64,000 nt of DNA from an uncultured Merdimonas sp. (GCA_944375725.1 CALWAZ010000090.1:4342-68341); one strand, 5' to 3'. Positions 1 through 9,840 are shown, numbered from the stretch's first letter. Notes: a model not told the origin generated them from the sequence alone. Numbers and translations are program-made.

Positions 1-15
1 GATTTCGGGAAAGCT

Positions 16-924
16 GTGTCAGTCAGGATGGCGGTCCTGGCTGTGTCGGCGGGGCTTCTGGCTCTGGCGGTCTATGGTCTGTGCGCTGCCTGGGACGGGA
101 GGAAAAGGAAGGGCAGGCTTACGGAACTGACAGAATATCTGGAGCAGGTCAATACCGGAGCGCCCGGAACACTGATTCAGGAAAAGGAGGATGAGTATTC
201 GGGCCTCCAGGATGAGATTTACAAGACGGTCACCAATCTGTATGCGACCCGGGAGGAAGCGCTGAAGGCCAGACAGAGCTTTGCGGACAACCTGGCCAAT
301 ATCGCCCATCAGCTTAAGACTCCTCTTACAGCCGCGGATCTGTCCCTCCAGCTGATGGAAAGCTCTGCGCCCGATCCCCGCATCCGTTCGGTACGCAGGC
401 AGCTTGGCCGGCTGAATGAGCTGGAGGAGGCGCTGCTGACCCTGGCCGGTATCGATGCCGGCACACTGGAGCTGAAGAAGGAGCCGGTGGATGTGTATAC
501 GGCTCTTTGCCTTGCGGCCGAAAATCTTCAGGAGCTGATGGACAGGGCAGGAGTCCGGACAGAGATTGCGGACAGGGGATGTGTGGAATTTACAGGCGAT
601 TTAGAGTGGAGCGTGGAGGCGCTGATGAATCTTTTGAAAAACTGCATGGAGCATTCCCCGGAGGGAGGGATCATCTTCTGCGGGTATTCCGAAAATCCCC
701 TGTATACAGAGATCTATATCCGGGATCAGGGGCCGGGCTTTGCCGCGGAGGACCTGCCGCGGCTGTTTGAGCGGTTTTACCGGGGGAAAAGCGGTGCGGC
801 CGGCGGCGCGGGAATTGGACTTGCCCTTTCACGGGCCTTATTTGAGATGCAGAACGGAAGCCTCACAGCCCGGAATCTTCCGGATGGAGGGGCCTGCTTT
901 GAAATCCGCATTTACAGTCACTGA
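16..924 (+). CDS. Sensor histidine kinase (HisKA + HATPase); may extend upstream of the window
   Basis: H-box IAHQLKTPLT, N-box NLLKNCMEHS, G boxes DQGPG and GAGIGL. Confidence 0.9.
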   Translation: MSVRMAVLAVSAGLLALAVYGLCAAWDGRKRKGRLTELTEYLEQVNTGAPGTLIQEKEDEYSGLQDEIYKTVTNLYATREEALKARQSFADNLANIAHQLKTPLTAADLSLQLMESSAPDPRIRSVRRQLGRLNELEEALLTLAGIDAGTLELKKEPVDVYTALCLAAENLQELMDRAGVRTEIADRGCVEFTGDLEWSVEALMNLLKNCMEHSPEGGIIFCGYSENPLYTEIYIRDQGPGFAAEDLPRLFERFYRGKSGAAGGAGIGLALSRALFEMQNGSLTARNLPDGGACFEIRIYSH

Positions 925-948
925 ACTGTCACTTTCTTCTGGTATTCT
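917..948 (+). promoter_or_regulatory. Putative response-regulator direct repeat plus extended -10 for the ABC operon
   Basis: GTCACT at 917 and 928 (11-bp period), followed by TG-G-TATTCT. Confidence 0.5.
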
Positions 949-1063
949 GATTCCAAAATAACAGCATGGTGCCGCGGCAGAGCCCCGGGATTCTGTTTGC
1001 AGAGGCGGCAGCAGCCCATGCCTCAGAGGTTCTGCCGGTCAGGAAAAGAGAAGGAGGAAAAAG

Positions 1064-1744
1064 GTGGAGATTTTAAGATGCGAGGGAATCAGAAAGGTAT
1101 ATGGTTCAGGCCCCAGCCAGGTGACTGCTCTGGATGGGATCAATCTGTCTGTGGAAAAGGGTGAATTTGTGGCTGTGGTGGGAGCTTCCGGTTCCGGAAA
1201 ATCCACGCTGCTTCATATTCTGGGAAGCGTGGATAAACCCACGGAAGGAAAGATCTATGTGGAGGGAACGGAGATCACCGGCATGCGGCCTGCCCAGGCA
1301 GCCCTGTTCCGCCGCAGAAAGGTGGGAATCGTCTATCAGTTTTACAACCTGATTCCGACCCTTACAGTTCGGAAGAACATTCTGATGCCGCTGGCCCTGG
1401 ACCGGAAAAAACCAAATCAGGAATTTTTTGAGCAGGTGACAGAGCTTCTGGGGATTGCGGACAGGCTGGATTTCCTGCCGGGACAGCTTTCCGGGGGCCA
1501 GCAGCAGAGAGCGGCTGTGGCCAGGGCGCTTATTTACCGGCCGGCTGTAATTCTGGCGGATGAGCCCGCAGGCAGCCTGGACCGGAAAAATTCGGAGGAG
1601 CTGATGGATCTGCTGAAATTATCCGGGCGGAAGCTGAATCAGACCATTCTTCTGATCACCCATGATGAGAAGGCGGCGCTGGAGGCGGACCGGATCATCA
1701 CGCTTGAGGACGGTCGGATTGTCAGTGACCGGAGACGGGGGTGA
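1064..1744 (+). CDS. ABC transporter ATP-binding protein (LolD/MacB-like)
   Basis: GASGSGKST, LSGGQQQR, ILADEP; RBS upstream of GTG. Confidence 0.93.
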   Translation: MEILRCEGIRKVYGSGPSQVTALDGINLSVEKGEFVAVVGASGSGKSTLLHILGSVDKPTEGKIYVEGTEITGMRPAQAALFRRRKVGIVYQFYNLIPTLTVRKNILMPLALDRKKPNQEFFEQVTELLGIADRLDFLPGQLSGGQQQRAAVARALIYRPAVILADEPAGSLDRKNSEELMDLLKLSGRKLNQTILLITHDEKAALEADRIITLEDGRIVSDRRRG

Positions 1745-4014
1745 ACGGTATGAAGAGAAATGGTTTCAGAGAGCCTGCGGGAGAGGGCAGCAGAGGCTTT
1801 GGAGCTTCGATCAGGACGGCGGCCTTTATTGCCGCGCTGTTTCTGTCTCTGCTCTGCAGCACTCTGTATAATATGTGGAATTATGATGTGGTGAGGTATC
1901 AGACAGAGGAAGGAAATTACCATGCCCGCCTGACCGGAAAGATTGGGGAGGAGGAGCTGGAGAGGATTCAGAGCTACGCCAATGTGGAGCGTGCCTGGGT
2001 AAATGAAGAGGAATCAGCAGGGGACGAGACCGCGGTGGACATTCTTTTGAAGGATGTGTCGAAGGCCTATGAGGATCTTCCCCGGATTGCCGCGCTGGCA
2101 GGCCTGAGAGAGGAAGATATTTCCTACCACGAGAATCTTCTGAACTACTATTTTGTGGTGAATCCGGACAGCCCGGACTCCTGGGATGCCTATCTGATTC
2201 TGGCAGTTTTTGGGGCGGCAGGTGCCATTTCCTGTCTTTCCCTGGTACTGATTATCCACCATGCCTATGGAGTCTTTATGAATGACAAAATCCGTGAGCT
2301 TGGGATACTGTCCAGTATCGGAGCATCACCCGGACAGCTGCTGAGGGGCCTTCTGCGGGAAGCCTTCCGCTTAAGCGCGCTGCCGGCCGGAGCAGGCACA
2401 GTGCTTGGAATCGCGGCGGGCGCGGGATTGATGGGCTGGATAAACAGGCTGGCGGGGAGCGTCATAGAGGGACGGCTGAAGGTTCCCTTTTCCTACCGCC
2501 CGCTGATTCTGCTGCTGACGCTGTTGTGTATCGCGCTTACTGTGTTTTTCTCAGCCTGGATGCCCGCCAGGCGCTTAAGCCGGCTGACACCGCTGGAGGC
2601 CATCCGCGGCGCCGGAGAAAGGGGGCTGAAGAAACCGAAGAGACCAGGACTGGCCGGTCTTTTGTTTGGTATCGAGGGAGAGCTTGCGGCAAATGCCCTG
2701 AGGGCCAGGAAAAAGGCTCTGCGGACCTCTGCCTTTTCGCTGACGCTGTCTTTTCTGGCCTTCGGCTTTGTGCAGTGCCTCTTTGCCATAATGACTCTCA
2801 GTACAGATCTGACCTATTTTGACCAATACCGGAATGCCTGGGATGTGATGGCAGAGGCAGAAGGGGTGGAAATAGGAGCGTTTGATAAAACAGAAGAGAT
2901 AAAGAGCCTGCCTGGCGTGCGCGACGCCCTGATCTATCAGAAAGCATCGGCCAAACGGCTGGTGGCGGAACAGGAGCTGAGTCCGGAATTTCTGGAAGCC
3001 GGCGGCTTTGAGCGGGCGCCGGACCAGTATGTGATTCGGACGGACGGGGGCTGGCTGGTCAATGTCCCTGTCTATATTCTGGATGACGCCAGTTTTCTGG
3101 CTTACTGTGAGCATGTGGGAGCAGAACAGAGCCTGGAGGGCGCGGTGATCCTGAATCAGGTCCGGGATGACCGGAATCCCAATTTCCGTATCCGGTCCTT
3201 CTTTCCTTACTTAAAAGGGGACCAGGACTCGGAGATCCTGAGGAGGGACGGGGAAGAAGAATCAGCGGCGGAAATTCCTGTTCTGGGGTATGCCAGCGAG
3301 CTTCCGGTGATGCGGGAGGAATACCAGACGCTGGATTATTATGAGATGGTACAGATTCTGCCGGTGTCTCTGTGGACAGAGATGGAAGAGCAGATTGGAG
3401 GAGCGGAAAACAGTGTCTTTATCCGGCTTCTGGCCGGAAACAGCGGGGATGGCGCGTATACGGAGCTCCCGGCAGAGGAAGAGCCTTCAGAGGAAGAACT
3501 GGAAACGCTGGGGGCAGAATTGGCGGAGGCAGCCGGAAGCGGTTATGTCCTGAAGACCGAAAACCGGATTGGAGACCGCAGAGCCAGTGACGCGGCAAAC
3601 CAGGCGCTTCAGACCATTCTCGGAGGCTTCTGTATTCTTCTTGCGCTGATTGGCGTCGGAAATGTGTTTTCCAATACCCTGAGTTTTGCCTGGCAGAGAC
3701 GCCGGGAGACAGCCCGTTATCTGTCTCTGGGCATGACGCCCGGACAGCTGGCTGAAATGTTCTGTGTGGAGGCGCTGGCTCTGGCGGGCCGTCCCGTGCT
3801 GATCGGCCTGCCGGTTCTCATCATGGCTTCCTGGCTGTTTATGAATGCGGCCTATCTGGAGCCGGCCCTTCTGCTGCCAAGGGCTCCGGTGATTCCCATT
3901 CTGGCCTTTGTCCTGGCAGTCTTCGGGGCTGTGGGCCTGGCCTATTATCTGGGATGCAGAAGGCTGATGAGGATGGACCTGGCAGAGGCCCTGAGGGATG
4001 AGACCTTCAGCTGA
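1741..4014 (+). CDS. FtsX-like ABC permease
   Basis: Two FtsX-type motifs (RELGILSSIGAS, RRETARYLSLGMT), multiple TM segments; overlaps the ATPase stop. Confidence 0.88.
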   Translation: MNGMKRNGFREPAGEGSRGFGASIRTAAFIAALFLSLLCSTLYNMWNYDVVRYQTEEGNYHARLTGKIGEEELERIQSYANVERAWVNEEESAGDETAVDILLKDVSKAYEDLPRIAALAGLREEDISYHENLLNYYFVVNPDSPDSWDAYLILAVFGAAGAISCLSLVLIIHHAYGVFMNDKIRELGILSSIGASPGQLLRGLLREAFRLSALPAGAGTVLGIAAGAGLMGWINRLAGSVIEGRLKVPFSYRPLILLLTLLCIALTVFFSAWMPARRLSRLTPLEAIRGAGERGLKKPKRPGLAGLLFGIEGELAANALRARKKALRTSAFSLTLSFLAFGFVQCLFAIMTLSTDLTYFDQYRNAWDVMAEAEGVEIGAFDKTEEIKSLPGVRDALIYQKASAKRLVAEQELSPEFLEAGGFERAPDQYVIRTDGGWLVNVPVYILDDASFLAYCEHVGAEQSLEGAVILNQVRDDRNPNFRIRSFFPYLKGDQDSEILRRDGEEESAAEIPVLGYASELPVMREEYQTLDYYEMVQILPVSLWTEMEEQIGGAENSVFIRLLAGNSGDGAYTELPAEEEPSEEELETLGAELAEAAGSGYVLKTENRIGDRRASDAANQALQTILGGFCILLALIGVGNVFSNTLSFAWQRRRETARYLSLGMTPGQLAEMFCVEALALAGRPVLIGLPVLIMASWLFMNAAYLEPALLLPRAPVIPILAFVLAVFGAVGLAYYLGCRRLMRMDLAEALRDETFS

Positions 4015-4107
4015 AAAAGGAACTGTGGGAAAAGACTCCGGGAAAGGGGCGGATGCCTTTTCATAGGCGGCCTGGTCTGTTATAATGGCTTCAGGGAGGA
4101 AACACCA

Positions 4108-4638
4108 ATGAAAAAAGAAGAGATTTTGTTTCAAAACCGCTGTGCCTATACCAGGCCGGTGATGCTGGAGATGTATAGGAAGGCTTATTCCACCGGCTTT
4201 GTTCTGCTGCTGATGATTTTTGAGCTGGTTTTCATTCTGTCTGCCCTTGCGTCTTTTGTGGGAGGAAAAGAAAATTACGCTTCCGGTTTTATGATGCTGG
4301 TCTATTTTGCGGTTACCGTATTCCTGCATGTGGGCCTGCCCTGGGTCCGGGCGGGCAGAGCCGTAAAGCAGGCAAAGGCGGTCTTCCATGGTCCGGTTAC
4401 AGTGGACGTGCTTTTTTCGGAGCATGAGCTGCAAAGCCGCAATGAGGTCACCGGGGCGGAATCTGCTGTGGAATACGGACAGATCGTCCAGGTATCCCAG
4501 TCAAAGGATCTGTATTTTCTGAAACTGAAGTCCCGGATCTTTGTCCTGCTGGACAAAAAGGGGTTTGAAAAGGGCTCGCCGGAGGAGTTTGAGCGGTTTA
4601 TCCGTAAGAAAGCGGAAAACGCGAAAATTTTGCTGTAG
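4108..4638 (+). CDS. YcxB-family membrane protein
   Basis: Two TM helices followed by a C-terminal YcxB-like domain (LLDKKGF..G..EEF..FI). Confidence 0.75.
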   Translation: MKKEEILFQNRCAYTRPVMLEMYRKAYSTGFVLLLMIFELVFILSALASFVGGKENYASGFMMLVYFAVTVFLHVGLPWVRAGRAVKQAKAVFHGPVTVDVLFSEHELQSRNEVTGAESAVEYGQIVQVSQSKDLYFLKLKSRIFVLLDKKGFEKGSPEEFERFIRKKAENAKILL

Positions 4639-4666
4639 AAAAAGAAACGGCAGGAGCCGGATCCGC

Positions 4667-5239
4667 CTATGGCGCGCAGAATAACAGGGCCCCGAAATAG
4701 GTGATGGTATTCTGGCTGTTATGATAGCGGATGCCCGCGGCCTTCGCCAGCTTACTGATCTGAAAGCCGTAACCCTCGATGGAATGGTACAGCCGGTCCG
4801 GAAACCGGCAGGGAGCGTCAGGCCAGGTGCAGCTTTTGCATCTGCCGCAGCCTTCATTGGAAAGAATCTGATAAGAGTCCAGAAATTCCCGGATATTCTG
4901 ATCGAACTGTTCCATCAGTTTCTTGAACCGGGTCATGCTCTCCAGCATGGTCTGGATGTCAAAGGAATTTTTCATATCGTATCTGCAGTTCAGAAGCAGC
5001 ATAAAATCATACTGCTCGCAACGCTGCCTGCATTCCTCCAGTGTGCCGGTGGCGGGAGGACAGGCCCAGCAGGTATTATAGCTTCTGCAGGTATTTTTCT
5101 CGCAGATGGCCCGTATCTCAGGATAAAACCGAAGGCCGGCGGTATCAATGACGCCGGCCTCGGAAAATCCTGTCTTCAGAGCTGTTTCCTTCAGCCGCCC
5201 GATGAGGGCGGCTGCTTCTGTATTCTGTTTTTTCATCAA
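4667..5239 (-). CDS. DUF2284 Cys-rich putative metal-binding protein
   Basis: CEKNTCRSY..CWACPP, GCGRCKSC..PDAPCRFP, SIEGYG. Confidence 0.8.
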   Translation of the reverse strand: MMKKQNTEAAALIGRLKETALKTGFSEAGVIDTAGLRFYPEIRAICEKNTCRSYNTCWACPPATGTLEECRQRCEQYDFMLLLNCRYDMKNSFDIQTMLESMTRFKKLMEQFDQNIREFLDSYQILSNEGCGRCKSCTWPDAPCRFPDRLYHSIEGYGFQISKLAKAAGIRYHNSQNTITYFGALLFCAP

Positions 5240-5297
5240 AATTCTCTGCCTTTCGGATTTTACATGCGGGAAGAAACACCTTCCCTTCCTTTTTCCC

Positions 5298-6668
5298 TTA
5301 TTTCAGAATGGAAGAGGGAACGTAGCCCTCGAGATTCTGACCGTTCTGGGTGAAGGAGATTTTGGTCCATTCCTGACCGTCCTCTCCGGTTACCCGTTTG
5401 ATAATCGATACCTTCGTACCGTTCTCCAGCGTAGTGCGGATATCCGCGTAGGGAGACGCATAGCTGCGCACCTGAGCCACTGCGGAGGAAGAACTTCCTG
5501 TGGAGGAAGAGCTTCCGGAAGAGCTGCTTCCGGAGGAACTGCTTCCCGTACTTCCGATGTTCAGCAGATCACCGCGGATATAGCCGGTCAGAGTGGATCC
5601 GCCGGAACGGTAAGAAATCTTGTACCATTTTTTCCCGTCATCCTTTCCTGTCTGTTCACCGACGATGGTGACGGAGGTGCCCTGTGAAAGCTTGGAACGG
5701 ATATCGCCTTTGGTGGAGGCCCAGGTACGGATATTTGCCACTGCAGGCCGGATCGCGGCCGGGGTATTCATGGAGGAGCTTCCTGAGGAAGAGGAGCCTC
5801 CTGAGGAGCCGCCGCCCGGATTGGATGTGGACAGCAGATCGCCGCGGATATAGCCGTTTAACTGGTAGCCGTTCTCCGAATAGGAAACCTTGTACCAGGT
5901 CTGGCCGTCGTCTCCTGTTTTGGAGGAGATCAGGTTTACGGTAGTGCCTCTGGACAGACGGGAACGGATATCGCCCTTGGTGGACGCCCAGGTTCTTACA
6001 CGGACAATATCGGCATTCACATATCTGGTGCCGGATACGTCAGTGCCGCCGGAGGAGCTGCCGCCGGGGTTGCTTTCCACCAGCAGATCACCGCGGATAT
6101 AACCTTCCACCGACACGCCGTTTTGACTAAAGGAAACCTTGTACCAGGTGCGTCCGTCATCTGCTCCTGTCTTGGAAGATACGATTGTTACAGCAGTTCC
6201 TTTGTTCAGGCGGGCGCGGATGTCAGCGTTTGTGGAAGCGTAAGAGCGGACAATGGCCACACTGGGCTTCACATATCTGGTGCCGGAAGCAGAGGAAGAG
6301 CTGCCGGAAGAGGAGCTTCCGGAGGAGCCGCCGGATACGCTGCCGGATACATTCACCAGGTCGGCCCGCACAAAGCCCTCTTTTGCGTCTCCGTTGTAGG
6401 CGAAGAAAACATCATACCATTTCAGGCCGTCATCTCCGGTGGTTTCGTCAAGAATTGTCACCTTGGTTCCCTTCGTCAGCTTGCAGACGATGGATGAGTT
6501 CGTAGACGCGGAGGAACGGACATTTAAAATAGGATTTTTCACTGTCCCGGTGGGCCTGGCCGCCCGGGCCCCGAACGCGGGCGCCAGAAGCAGGGCGCAG
6601 AGCGTAAAGACCAGCAGAAGCGGGAACAGAAAGCGTTCCTTTTTACGGGTATTCGGTATATTCATCAT
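5298..6668 (-). CDS. Secreted protein with five SH3b cell-wall-binding domains and Ser/Gly linkers
   Basis: Signal peptide; repeated VR..AST...I...L..GT.V.I....TG.DG..WY.V......GYIR.DLL. Confidence 0.85.
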   Translation of the reverse strand: MMNIPNTRKKERFLFPLLLVFTLCALLLAPAFGARAARPTGTVKNPILNVRSSASTNSSIVCKLTKGTKVTILDETTGDDGLKWYDVFFAYNGDAKEGFVRADLVNVSGSVSGGSSGSSSSGSSSSASGTRYVKPSVAIVRSYASTNADIRARLNKGTAVTIVSSKTGADDGRTWYKVSFSQNGVSVEGYIRGDLLVESNPGGSSSGGTDVSGTRYVNADIVRVRTWASTKGDIRSRLSRGTTVNLISSKTGDDGQTWYKVSYSENGYQLNGYIRGDLLSTSNPGGGSSGGSSSSGSSSMNTPAAIRPAVANIRTWASTKGDIRSKLSQGTSVTIVGEQTGKDDGKKWYKISYRSGGSTLTGYIRGDLLNIGSTGSSSSGSSSSGSSSSTGSSSSAVAQVRSYASPYADIRTTLENGTKVSIIKRVTGEDGQEWTKISFTQNGQNLEGYVPSSILK

Positions 6669-6862
6669 AAAAGTCCCCCTTGATGCATTTGTATATCCGG
6701 GGCCGCAGTCAGGACTGCGGCCCCTTTCTTCTGTATTCAGTATAATATCCGGTCATGGAAAAAGCAAGAAATCTGTCAGAGTATTAAGAAAATTATAAAA
6801 ATTCCGGCCGGGGTTTGCGCCCCGGCGGTGGAAAAAAGGAAACGCGCCGGTTTTAAACCGGC

Positions 6863-8608
6863 CTAGTCTGCCAGTTTAAGACCGGAAATGTCAGAGTCTA
6901 TCACCAGAGAGTAATTGGTGTAGTAGACCACGAAGCCAGGTTTGGATCCGCCCGGTTTCTTTACATGCTTTTTCTCCACATAATCCACTTCCACCTTGTC
7001 TCCTCCCCGGTTTTTGGAGTAATAGGCCGCCAGACGGCCCGCGTCTTCAAAGGCCCGGTCAGGAAGCTCCCGACCTTCGCTTTTCAGGATTACGTGAGAG
7101 CCGGGCACGCCCTTGGCGTGGAACCACCAGTCGTTTCCGGAGGCAGACTGAAAGGTCAGCTCATCATTCTGAAAATTATTCTTTCCCACATAGATGTCGA
7201 AGCCGTCGCTGGAAATATAATGAAGGGGCTTTGAGGTGATTTTTGTCTTTTTGCCCTTTCCCTTGACATTTTTGCGGCGGATATAGCCATATTCCACAAG
7301 CTCTTCCCGGACAGGGGCCAGATCCTCCTCGGTGAGGGCCATATCCAGAGAGGTCTGAATGGATTCCAGATGTTCGATTTCGCTCCTGGTCTCTTCCAGA
7401 AGGCCGGTGACGGCCTCGAAGGTTCGCTTGAGCTTACCGTATTTGTCAAAATAGCGTTTGGCGTTTTCCTGAGGGGTCAGGGTGGGATCCAGCGGAACCG
7501 TGGTTTCTTCATTGGTGTAATAGTTCAGGGCCTGCATGGAACGGGCCCCCTCCGGCACCCCATAGCCGTAGGTGTGAATCAGCTCTCCCCAGATCTTGTA
7601 TTTGTCCCGCTTTTCCGTGTCTTTCAGCTGCTTTTGCTGCAGATCGTACTTTTTGCGGGTACGCTCCAGCGCTGTCTGCACCACCCGGCGCAGATCCGCG
7701 GATTTCTGGTGGATCCGGGTCAGCGTGTTCTTTTCCGCGTAATAGGTCTCCAGAAGCCGGGAGATGTCCGGGAAGGGCTGGGCAGTCAGATCCTCATACA
7801 TGGTAAGGGGCACAGCGGAGAATTCCACAGGCTCCTTTCCCTTATAATAAATGCAGGGAGAAAACTGTTCTTCTTTTACAGCCTCCATAAGACGCAGCAG
7901 CTGATGCTCCAGCATGGCCTGTTCTTTGTCATCCAGAGCGGAAGCCGGCCGCCCGGATTCCAGGAAGGAACGGTGGCAGAGCTCTTCCGCCATGGCCGGG
8001 GAGAAGCCGGTCAGGGAGGTGTAAATGGCTTTGCCGAGAGCTGCGGGCTTTGCGCAGACAGCCCGGACCATTTCCGCCGGAGAGGCCGTGAGCGGATCCA
8101 GCTTATCCTGGGTATGGGGGATAAAGTAGGGCCGTCCGGGAAGCACCTCGCGTACAGAGCTGACGGCCAGCGACACATGCTTGATGCTGTCCAGAATCGT
8201 GCCGTCCTCCCGGCAGAAGATCAGGTTGCTGTGTTTGCCCATGAGCTCCGCGATGAGATATTTGCGGCAGAGATCGCCCATTTCATCCAGATGCTCGATC
8301 TCAAAGCGCAGAATCCGCTCCAGAGAAGGCTGGGTCACGGAGACGATGCGGCCTCCGCCCAGATGCTTGCGCAGCAGCATGCAGAAGCCCGGCGCTGTCA
8401 TGGGCGCCGCCTTGTTCTGCTCTGTCAGGTAGACCAGAGGCAGGCTGGCTGATGCCGAGAGCAGGAGCCGGTACTGGGCTGCGTTATTTTTTATGGTAAG
8501 AAGAAGCTCGTCTGCTTCGGACTGGACGATTTTGGTGATGCGGCCGCCCACAAGCAGGCTGGAAAGCTCCTTTCGCAGACACGCGGTTGTAATTCCGTCA
8601 AATGCCAT
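6863..8608 (-). CDS. rqcH: Ribosome quality-control factor RqcH (NFACT/FbpA family)
   Basis: MAFDG N-terminus, ELMGKHSN, VGKNNFQND, WFHAKGVPGSHV. Confidence 0.93.
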   Translation of the reverse strand: MAFDGITTACLRKELSSLLVGGRITKIVQSEADELLLTIKNNAAQYRLLLSASASLPLVYLTEQNKAAPMTAPGFCMLLRKHLGGGRIVSVTQPSLERILRFEIEHLDEMGDLCRKYLIAELMGKHSNLIFCREDGTILDSIKHVSLAVSSVREVLPGRPYFIPHTQDKLDPLTASPAEMVRAVCAKPAALGKAIYTSLTGFSPAMAEELCHRSFLESGRPASALDDKEQAMLEHQLLRLMEAVKEEQFSPCIYYKGKEPVEFSAVPLTMYEDLTAQPFPDISRLLETYYAEKNTLTRIHQKSADLRRVVQTALERTRKKYDLQQKQLKDTEKRDKYKIWGELIHTYGYGVPEGARSMQALNYYTNEETTVPLDPTLTPQENAKRYFDKYGKLKRTFEAVTGLLEETRSEIEHLESIQTSLDMALTEEDLAPVREELVEYGYIRRKNVKGKGKKTKITSKPLHYISSDGFDIYVGKNNFQNDELTFQSASGNDWWFHAKGVPGSHVILKSEGRELPDRAFEDAGRLAAYYSKNRGGDKVEVDYVEKKHVKKPGGSKPGFVVYYTNYSLVIDSDISGLKLAD

Positions 8609-8638
8609 AGTGAATCACTCCTCATTTTCCGCTTTTTT

Positions 8639-8844
8639 GTTACTATTTACAGCCGATTCAGACGGGGAAACAGATGTGTCGTGCTGGCGCGTAAGCATCT
8701 TTTCCCCGTCTGAATCAGGACTGTGAAACAGTCACGCTTTTTCTTCTTTTCTTTCAGACTTCTTTCAGTATACTTGACATGCTCTGGAAATTCAACTAAA
8801 ATATAATCCAAATGATCTGTGCGCAGGTGGCTGTGAATAGTAAC
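8639..8844. repeat. Intergenic element bounded by 16-bp inverted repeats, with an internal long hairpin
   Basis: GTTACTATTTACAGCC (8639) versus GGCTGTGAATAGTAAC (8829), 15/16 match; stem GATTCAGACGGGGAAA/TTTCCCCGTCTGAATC at 8655-8716. Confidence 0.75.
8767..8802. promoter_or_regulatory. Overlapping divergent sigma-A promoters for yloC (+) and rqcH (-)
   Basis: Plus strand TTGACA-17-TAAAAT (8774-8802); minus strand TTGAAT-17-TATACT (8795-8767). Confidence 0.7.
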
Positions 8845-8951
8845 GAGTGGAAAACAGGCTGTCCAGCCCTGGTTTTCCGGCGGGGAGTACAGGAGGCAGA
8901 CGCCCCGGCCTGCTCAGGGGCATGAATATAAACAGAAAAGAGAATTCCGTT

Positions 8952-9830
8952 ATGGTGAAAAGTATGACTGGCTTCGGACGCTGCGAGGTATCCGAAGGGG
9001 ACCGGAAGATGACAGTGGAGATGAAATCTGTCAATCACAGGTATCTGGATGTGTCCATCAAGATGCCAAAAAAGCTGAACTTTTTTGAGTCAGCCATCCG
9101 CAGTCTTCTGAAGAATTATCTTCAGAGGGGAAAGGTGGATGTGTTTATCACCTATGAAGACTTGTCGGAGGCTGCCGTTTCTCTGCGGTATAACCAGGCT
9201 CTTGCGGCAGAATATCTGAAATATCTGAACCAGATGGCCGAAGAGTTCGGCCTGGAACAGGATGTAAAGACCGGGGCTCTTTCCAGATATCCGGAGGTGC
9301 TGGTGATGGAAGAGGTCCAGGAGAATGAGGAAGAGCTCTGGAAGCTGCTGGAAAAGGCGCTGAAAGGAGCCTGTGAGCAGATGGTGGAGACCCGTGAGGC
9401 GGAGGGCGCCAATCTGAAGCGGGATCTGATGGATAAGCTGGATGAGCTGCTGGAGCATGTAGCCTGCGTGGAAGAGCGCTCCCCGCAGATCGTGGCAGAG
9501 TACCGGGAGAAGCTCACGGAAAAGGTGAAGGAGCTTCTGGCGGACACGCAGATGGAGGAAAGCCGCATCGCCGCGGAAGTGGCCATTTACGCCGATAAAA
9601 TCTGTGTGGATGAGGAGATTGTGCGTCTGAAGAGCCATATCAAGCATACGAAGGCCACGCTGGAGGAAGAGGACAGCGTGGGACGCAAGCTGGATTTTAT
9701 CGCCCAGGAGATGAACCGGGAGGCCAATACGATTCTGTCCAAGGCCAACGATCTGGAGGTATCCAATCATGCCATTGAGCTGAAGACCGGAATCGAAAAG
9801 GTCCGGGAACAGATACAGAATATCGAATAA
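8952..9830 (+). CDS. yloC: YicC/YloC endoribonuclease
   Basis: SMTGFGR, KSVNHRYLD, GRKLDF..QEMNREANT, REQIQNIE. Confidence 0.93.
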   Translation: MVKSMTGFGRCEVSEGDRKMTVEMKSVNHRYLDVSIKMPKKLNFFESAIRSLLKNYLQRGKVDVFITYEDLSEAAVSLRYNQALAAEYLKYLNQMAEEFGLEQDVKTGALSRYPEVLVMEEVQENEEELWKLLEKALKGACEQMVETREAEGANLKRDLMDKLDELLEHVACVEERSPQIVAEYREKLTEKVKELLADTQMEESRIAAEVAIYADKICVDEEIVRLKSHIKHTKATLEEEDSVGRKLDFIAQEMNREANTILSKANDLEVSNHAIELKTGIEKVREQIQNIE

Positions 9831-9840
9831 GGGGAAAAAG

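Noticed and set aside
5298-6668. CRISPR-like or mobile repeat from recurring CCGCGGATATA and GAGCTTCC motifs
   Set aside because: Explained by in-frame SH3b domain repeats and Ser/Gly linkers.
6699-6724. CCGCAG/CTGCGG hairpin in the SH3-gene leader, resembling one at about 12163-12188
   Set aside because: The shared core is too short in a GC-rich genome to claim a family.
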